NCBI RefSeq assembly: GCF_004010195.1
Contig: NC_057719.1
Coordinates: 83,596,147-83,645,913, forward strand
Source of the DNA: Chiloscyllium plagiosum
Lineage: Eukaryota
Direction of reading: 5' to 3'
Length of the DNA stretch: 49,767 nucleotides
Shown: positions 45,313 to 49,767 of the stretch, in pieces
How positions within the stretch are numbered: the first letter of the stretch is position 1
Layout: the number at the start of each line of letters is the position of its first letter
The notes under the pieces: generated by a model
What the model was told of the DNA's origin: nothing
What the model saw: the letters and a program-made list of their open reading frames with translations, nothing else
Database searches by the model: none
Program-made: the position numbers and the translations under genes

Positions 45313-46699
45313 TTGGTACGGGTTAAGATAGGGATAGCAGAGTTTTAAATGGCTTCATGGGAGGCAGGGTGTGCAGGAGTGCATTAAAATAATCAGATCC
45401 AGCAATGCCACAGCAAATTTCTGCTCTGTGATATTCTCCAGCCTGAATCCGAATTATTTACTCCGAATGAGAAAGAGAGACACATTCTCTACTGAGCTGT
45501 GCACATCTCTCACCCTCTTTGTCACCTCTCAGTCATCTCCTCCCTTAACGTTTTGCCTCCTCTCTAGAGCTCGTCCATCTCATTCTTTTACTTTTCCGCC
45601 GCTCTTGGTGGCAATGAAAACGTGAGCAATGCAAGGACGTTTCGCGCCAGCTCACGGCATATGACAGCGAGAGATCTCAGACCCTGGTGCTACAATGTGG
45701 CTGAGCAAGCTCGTGTTGAGAGTTGGCAGTGGCAGTGTGCAGACAGGTGAACGAACCTGCTCCTTGTGTATTTAGTTAAACAAGTGGGAACAAAACATGC
45801 AACTCGCGTTATTGACATATTTTAGAAATCAGTTTATATAAACTCTGTGGCCCTGGGCAAGCACCTCGTCCAAAACAAAGAGGGTTTAGTGACACTTAAA
45901 TGGGGAAACCTTTGTACATGTCTTGTGAAATCTTTGCTCTGCCTTTTACAGGTTTTGGGAAAGAGTCTAGATCCATGAAGCTTTACACAGCAGCAGCAGC
46001 AGCAACATTTCATAGTGTCAAACACATTTCTCTGCTAACACACTTGCACACAAATCACCTGAGTAGCACCTTCCAAACAACCTCATTCTCTCTTTTATTC
46101 GAGCAACATGAACTTAACTTCTCATCCAGCTACTGTGACCACGTCAGCTTTATCCTTGGGAGCTGCTCTCTCTCCTGATTATGCGTAGCCACAAGAGAAA
46201 CACAGAGAGAGAGAGAGAGACAGTTACCGCCTCTTTTATCAGTTCATCCTCTGGCACTAACTTAGAGAGGACAAAGAGAGGTTTCGGTGCTTTAAGAGTA
46301 GAGACTGCGTGCTGGACCTGGAAGGTGGGGGTGGTGAAAATCAAAGCTGCATCAACTCACATCCTTTGTATAGACTTTGTTCTTCCCCTTCACAATTCCT
46401 TATCTTGCACTGTTTGCTTTACCATTACAGGTCAGTGTCGTCATCATCGTATGACACTTTGTCCTGCTTTAAGTGCCAAGCAAGGCAAAGGCAAACTATA
46501 AATGCAGAGAGCAGAGGCTGTTCGGCCCATGTGACTTCTCCTTTCATATTGTACCGATGGCAATTCGCTTCTATAGTTCACCTTTAAAATTGTAAAGTTG
46601 CACAGCCAGGAACAAAAACCTAAGGAAGGAGACATTAGGCTAAGTAACTTACACACCATACAAGGGCTAAGCAATGACCGGGTCCAACAAGAGACTATC

Positions 46700-47460
46700 C
46701 AGCAGTTCCCTTGATATTCAGTGGCACTGCCATAATTAAATATGGCCCACCCCTCCCCATTGCTCCACCATCAACATCCCGGGCATTGCCATCGACCAGG
46801 AATGTGACTGGACCTGCCATATAAATACGGGCAGCTACAACACCGTGGGGTAGCACGGTGGCTCAGTGGTTAGCACGGCTGCCTCACAACGCCAGGGATT
46901 TGGGTTCGGTTTCCAGCTCGAGCGACTGTGTGGAGTTTGCACATTCTCCCTGTTTCTGCGTGGGTTCCCTCCTGGTGCTCCAGTTTCCTCCCACAGTCCA
47001 AAGATGGGTAGGTTAGGTGAATTGACCATGCTAAATTGCCGGTAGTGTTAGGTGGATTAATCATGGGTAAATGTAGAGGAATGGGTGGGTTGCTCTTCAG
47101 AGGGTCAGTATGGACTTGTTGGGCTGAAGGGCCTGTTTCCACACTGTAGGGAATCTAAGCTAATCTAACAGTGGGCCAATCCTTAGTGAGTAACTCACCT
47201 CCTGTCTGCCAGAGTCATCCACAACATGCAGTGCCCAAAGTCAGGAACATGATATAGTCCTCTCTACCTGCCAGAATTCAGGCTGCTCCAACAGCACTCA
47301 CCATCATCCAGGGTGAAGCAGCCCACCTGAGTGGAACCCATACTCCCTCCTCCCCTCCCCCATTACTGTAGACATTCAGTCCCTGACCCCCATTCACCAA
47401 GATACTTTCAAAACAGCCATGTATGCACTTTGCACATCTAGGAAGCTGAAGGCACAAGGA
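46700..47460 (+). mobile_element. Decayed second-family LINE fragment split by an HE1 SINE
   Basis: ccatcaacatcccgggc..gaccagg..actggacctgccatataaatac resumes after the SINE as gtaactcacctcctg; homologous to 21600-22130. Confidence 0.6.
46847..47168 (+). mobile_element. Full-length HE1 SINE
   Basis: A/B boxes, V-core, tail aatctaagctaatctaa. Confidence 0.9.
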
Positions 47461-47474
47461 CAGTTGAGACATAC

Positions 47475-47692
47475 TCCGGGTGCTCCAGTTCCCTCCCACA
47501 GTTCAAAGATGTACAGGACAGGTAAATTGGCCATGCTAAACTGCCCCATAGTGTTCAAGGATGTGCAGTCTAGGTGGATTAACCATGGAAAATGCAGGCT
47601 TAGGGAGGATGGGTCTAGGTGGGATTCTCTTTGGAGGGTCAATGTGGACTTGGTGGGCCGAATGGCCTGCTTCCACACTGTAGGAATTCTAC
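47475..47692 (+). mobile_element. HE1 SINE, 5'-truncated
   Basis: ctccgggtgctccagttccctcccacag...gggccgaatggcctgcttccacactgtagg. Confidence 0.85.
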
Positions 47693-48295
47693 GCTTACTA
47701 ATTAGTGCCAGTTTTGTTGGAATTTCCTGCATAAGCCATTTGCTCTCTCTTTTACTTTGTTTAAGGGTTCTTTAAAATCTACCTCTTTCACTGATCTTAA
47801 TATTCCCTATTGTGTCTTGGTGACAAATTTTGATTGATGAACCACTCCCGTGAGGAACATGGGAGGTCTTAAAATGTTGCAGTATGTAAATGAAAGCTGT
47901 TACTGTTGTAGGTCCAGGCCCACATGAAGTTAGATTCATGAAGTGAAATCCAATCCCAGAATTGGAAATTCACTGTCTAATCCACCATGGCACCCAGTCT
48001 CCAATCTCAATAATTTTTAACATGAATTATCCTCTCCAGGGAAAGAAATACAGAGGCAGGATTGTGGATTTGAAGTTGCAGTCAGTTCAGCCATGGTCTT
48101 ATTAAATTGCGGATCACACTCGTGACTGTAAGGCCTATTCCCGTTCCTTGTTCATATGTACATATATAATGTCATTACTCTAGAACAGTCAAATGTGGTG
48201 CAGACAGAATAATACTTTGCCCTGTTCAATGTTGTTACATACAAATGTAAGAGTGAGCCTTTTTAGAGATAGTGGTAAGGTCACACCATTAGTCT

Positions 48296-48483
48296 CTGAC
48301 ACATACACAGACAAACAGACGCACACACACTTTTTCTCTCTCTCTCTCACACACAAACACACGCGCACACAGACAGATAGACACACACGCACACTCTCTC
48401 TCTCTCACACACACACAGACTCACACACGCACACATACACAGACTCACACACAGACACACACACAGACACACACACACACACC
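48296..48483. repeat. Compound (CA)n/(CT)n microsatellite
   Basis: Direct reading of the sequence. Confidence 0.9.
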
Positions 48484-48869
48484 TGTCAAACAAGGTTGTG
48501 ATGAATGGCTGTGACACAGACATAGGCCGAGTGCAATGTTCAGAAAGGGAAAGCCTTGGAGTGCAAACTGACCCCTTTCTCGCGCGTACAGAATACAAAC
48601 TTCAGAAGCAGTTTCGGAGGAGTTTAACATCATAAAACTGTAGCTTGTTTGCTCTCGGCGTTCTGAGATCTGGGATAGTTCTCTAACAGCCTGGTACTGA
48701 GAGATTAGAGAGAGCAGCCACTATCAGCTCAGAGCTCTGGGCGTGGAGAAACATTTTTTGTGGACAAAGGTCAGTCGCTGCCCGATTGCCTTTCTGGTCT
48801 ACTGTACCCAGCATTAGCAATTGTGGAGTCACTCGAATATATCATTTCAAGTCACAGACTGACATGCTC

Positions 48870-49110
48870 TATTGCCCTAAGCATACCTCACCAACATTAC
48901 CAAGGGCTTCTGTACATATCGACACACTTTGGACACCCACATCACAGTGATCCGTCGCCTGTATTTCACTTCCATATTCAGTGTGTGTTAAGGACGAGGA
49001 TCACATGCCCTCTGAGGTCAGCTGAGTTGACACAGACTGGGAGTGAAACCAGCAGCCATCTCGATTGGCGTGTTTTTGCTATCCATTCCCTTATGCATTT
49101 GGGTTAGTCT
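48870..49110 (-). mobile_element. LF-SINE-like element
   Basis: Reverse complement ctggtttcactcccagtctgtgtcaactcagctgacctcag and ttggtgaggtatgcttaggg resemble the recalled LF-SINE head and tail. Confidence 0.4.
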
Positions 49111-49169
49111 CTGCAGAGGCAAAAAGAAAAAACCATTGGACAAGATAAAGTATGGCTTCTAGCAAACAA

Positions 49170-49375
49170 AGTAAAATCTGGAATTAAGAATCCATTGACA
49201 ATCATGAAACCACTGCCAATTGTCAGAAAAAACCCATCTAATATCCTCCAGAGAAGGAAATCTTCCATCCTTACCTGGTCTGGCCTACTTGTGACTCCAG
49301 ACCCACAGCAATGTGCTAGACTCTCAAGTGCCCTCTGAAATGACCGAGCATGTCATTCAGTTGTACCAAGCATCA
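49170..49375 (+). mobile_element. SINE-like fragment (possibly Meta-core SINE)
   Basis: aaaacccatct...gaaggaaatcttccatccttacctggtctggcctac..gtgactccagacccacagcaatgtg..tgccctctg resembles a SINE body I recall from fish; family name uncertain. Confidence 0.45.
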
Positions 49376-49596
49376 CAAAGTCTCAAAGAAATAAGATTTA
49401 CAAGGATGTTGCCAGGGTTGGAGGATCTGAGCTACAGGGAGAGGCTGAACAGGTTTCCCAATTATGGCACTAGCCCCCCCCCCCACCCACCCTGTCAATA
49501 TTAGTGAAAGAGGACCTTGCAGAGTTGACAGGGCTGTTTGTGCCCTTGTCTTTTCCAGTGCCTAGGTCAATGCCAGGTGATCTGGCTGGTTCCATT

Positions 49597-49767
49597 TAGA
49601 GTCATAGAGTCACAGAGATGTACAGCATGGAAACAGACCCTTCGGTCCAACCCGTCCATGCTGACCAGATATCACAACCCAATCTAGTCCCACCTGCCAG
49701 CACCCGGCCCATATCCCTCCAAACCCTTCCTATTCATATACCCATCCAAATGCCTCTTAAATGTTGC
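49597..49767 (-). mobile_element. Young CR1/HER1 3' end running off the window
   Basis: tagagtcatagagtcacagagatgtacagcatggaaacagacc...; near-identical to the reverse complement of 4630-4800. Confidence 0.9.

Overview
Vertebrate genomic DNA, almost certainly from a shark. The HE1-type V-SINEs and CR1/HER1 LINEs are typical of elasmobranchs; a carpet/bamboo shark is likely but that is an inference. One protein-coding gene is supported: a two-exon ZFP36L1 (TIS11b/BRF1) tandem-CCCH ARE-binding protein on the + strand. Its CDS is 33824-33877 plus 35863-36846 (345 aa), and its ~2.2 kb AU-rich 3' UTR ends near 39055. The gene sits in an ~8 kb zone where I recognise no transposons, while the flanks are dense with retroelements: CR1 3' ends, a second CR1/L2-clade LINE, HE1 SINEs, Deu-SINE- and LF-SINE-like relics, Penelope-like (PLE) termini, and micro/minisatellites. 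The most notable hidden signal is a set of minimal type I hammerhead-ribozyme motifs in the PLE termini. Three have intact catalytic cores (5536-5563 +, 21849-21888 -, 43589-43623 -), they come from two families with different palindromic helix III (ACGU vs AGCU), and one lies in a 96-bp insertion with a 14-bp target-site duplication. Almost all other ORFs in the track are repeat-derived or spurious. There are three assembly gaps. Repeat family names and human-orthologue comparisons are from memory and need database confirmation.
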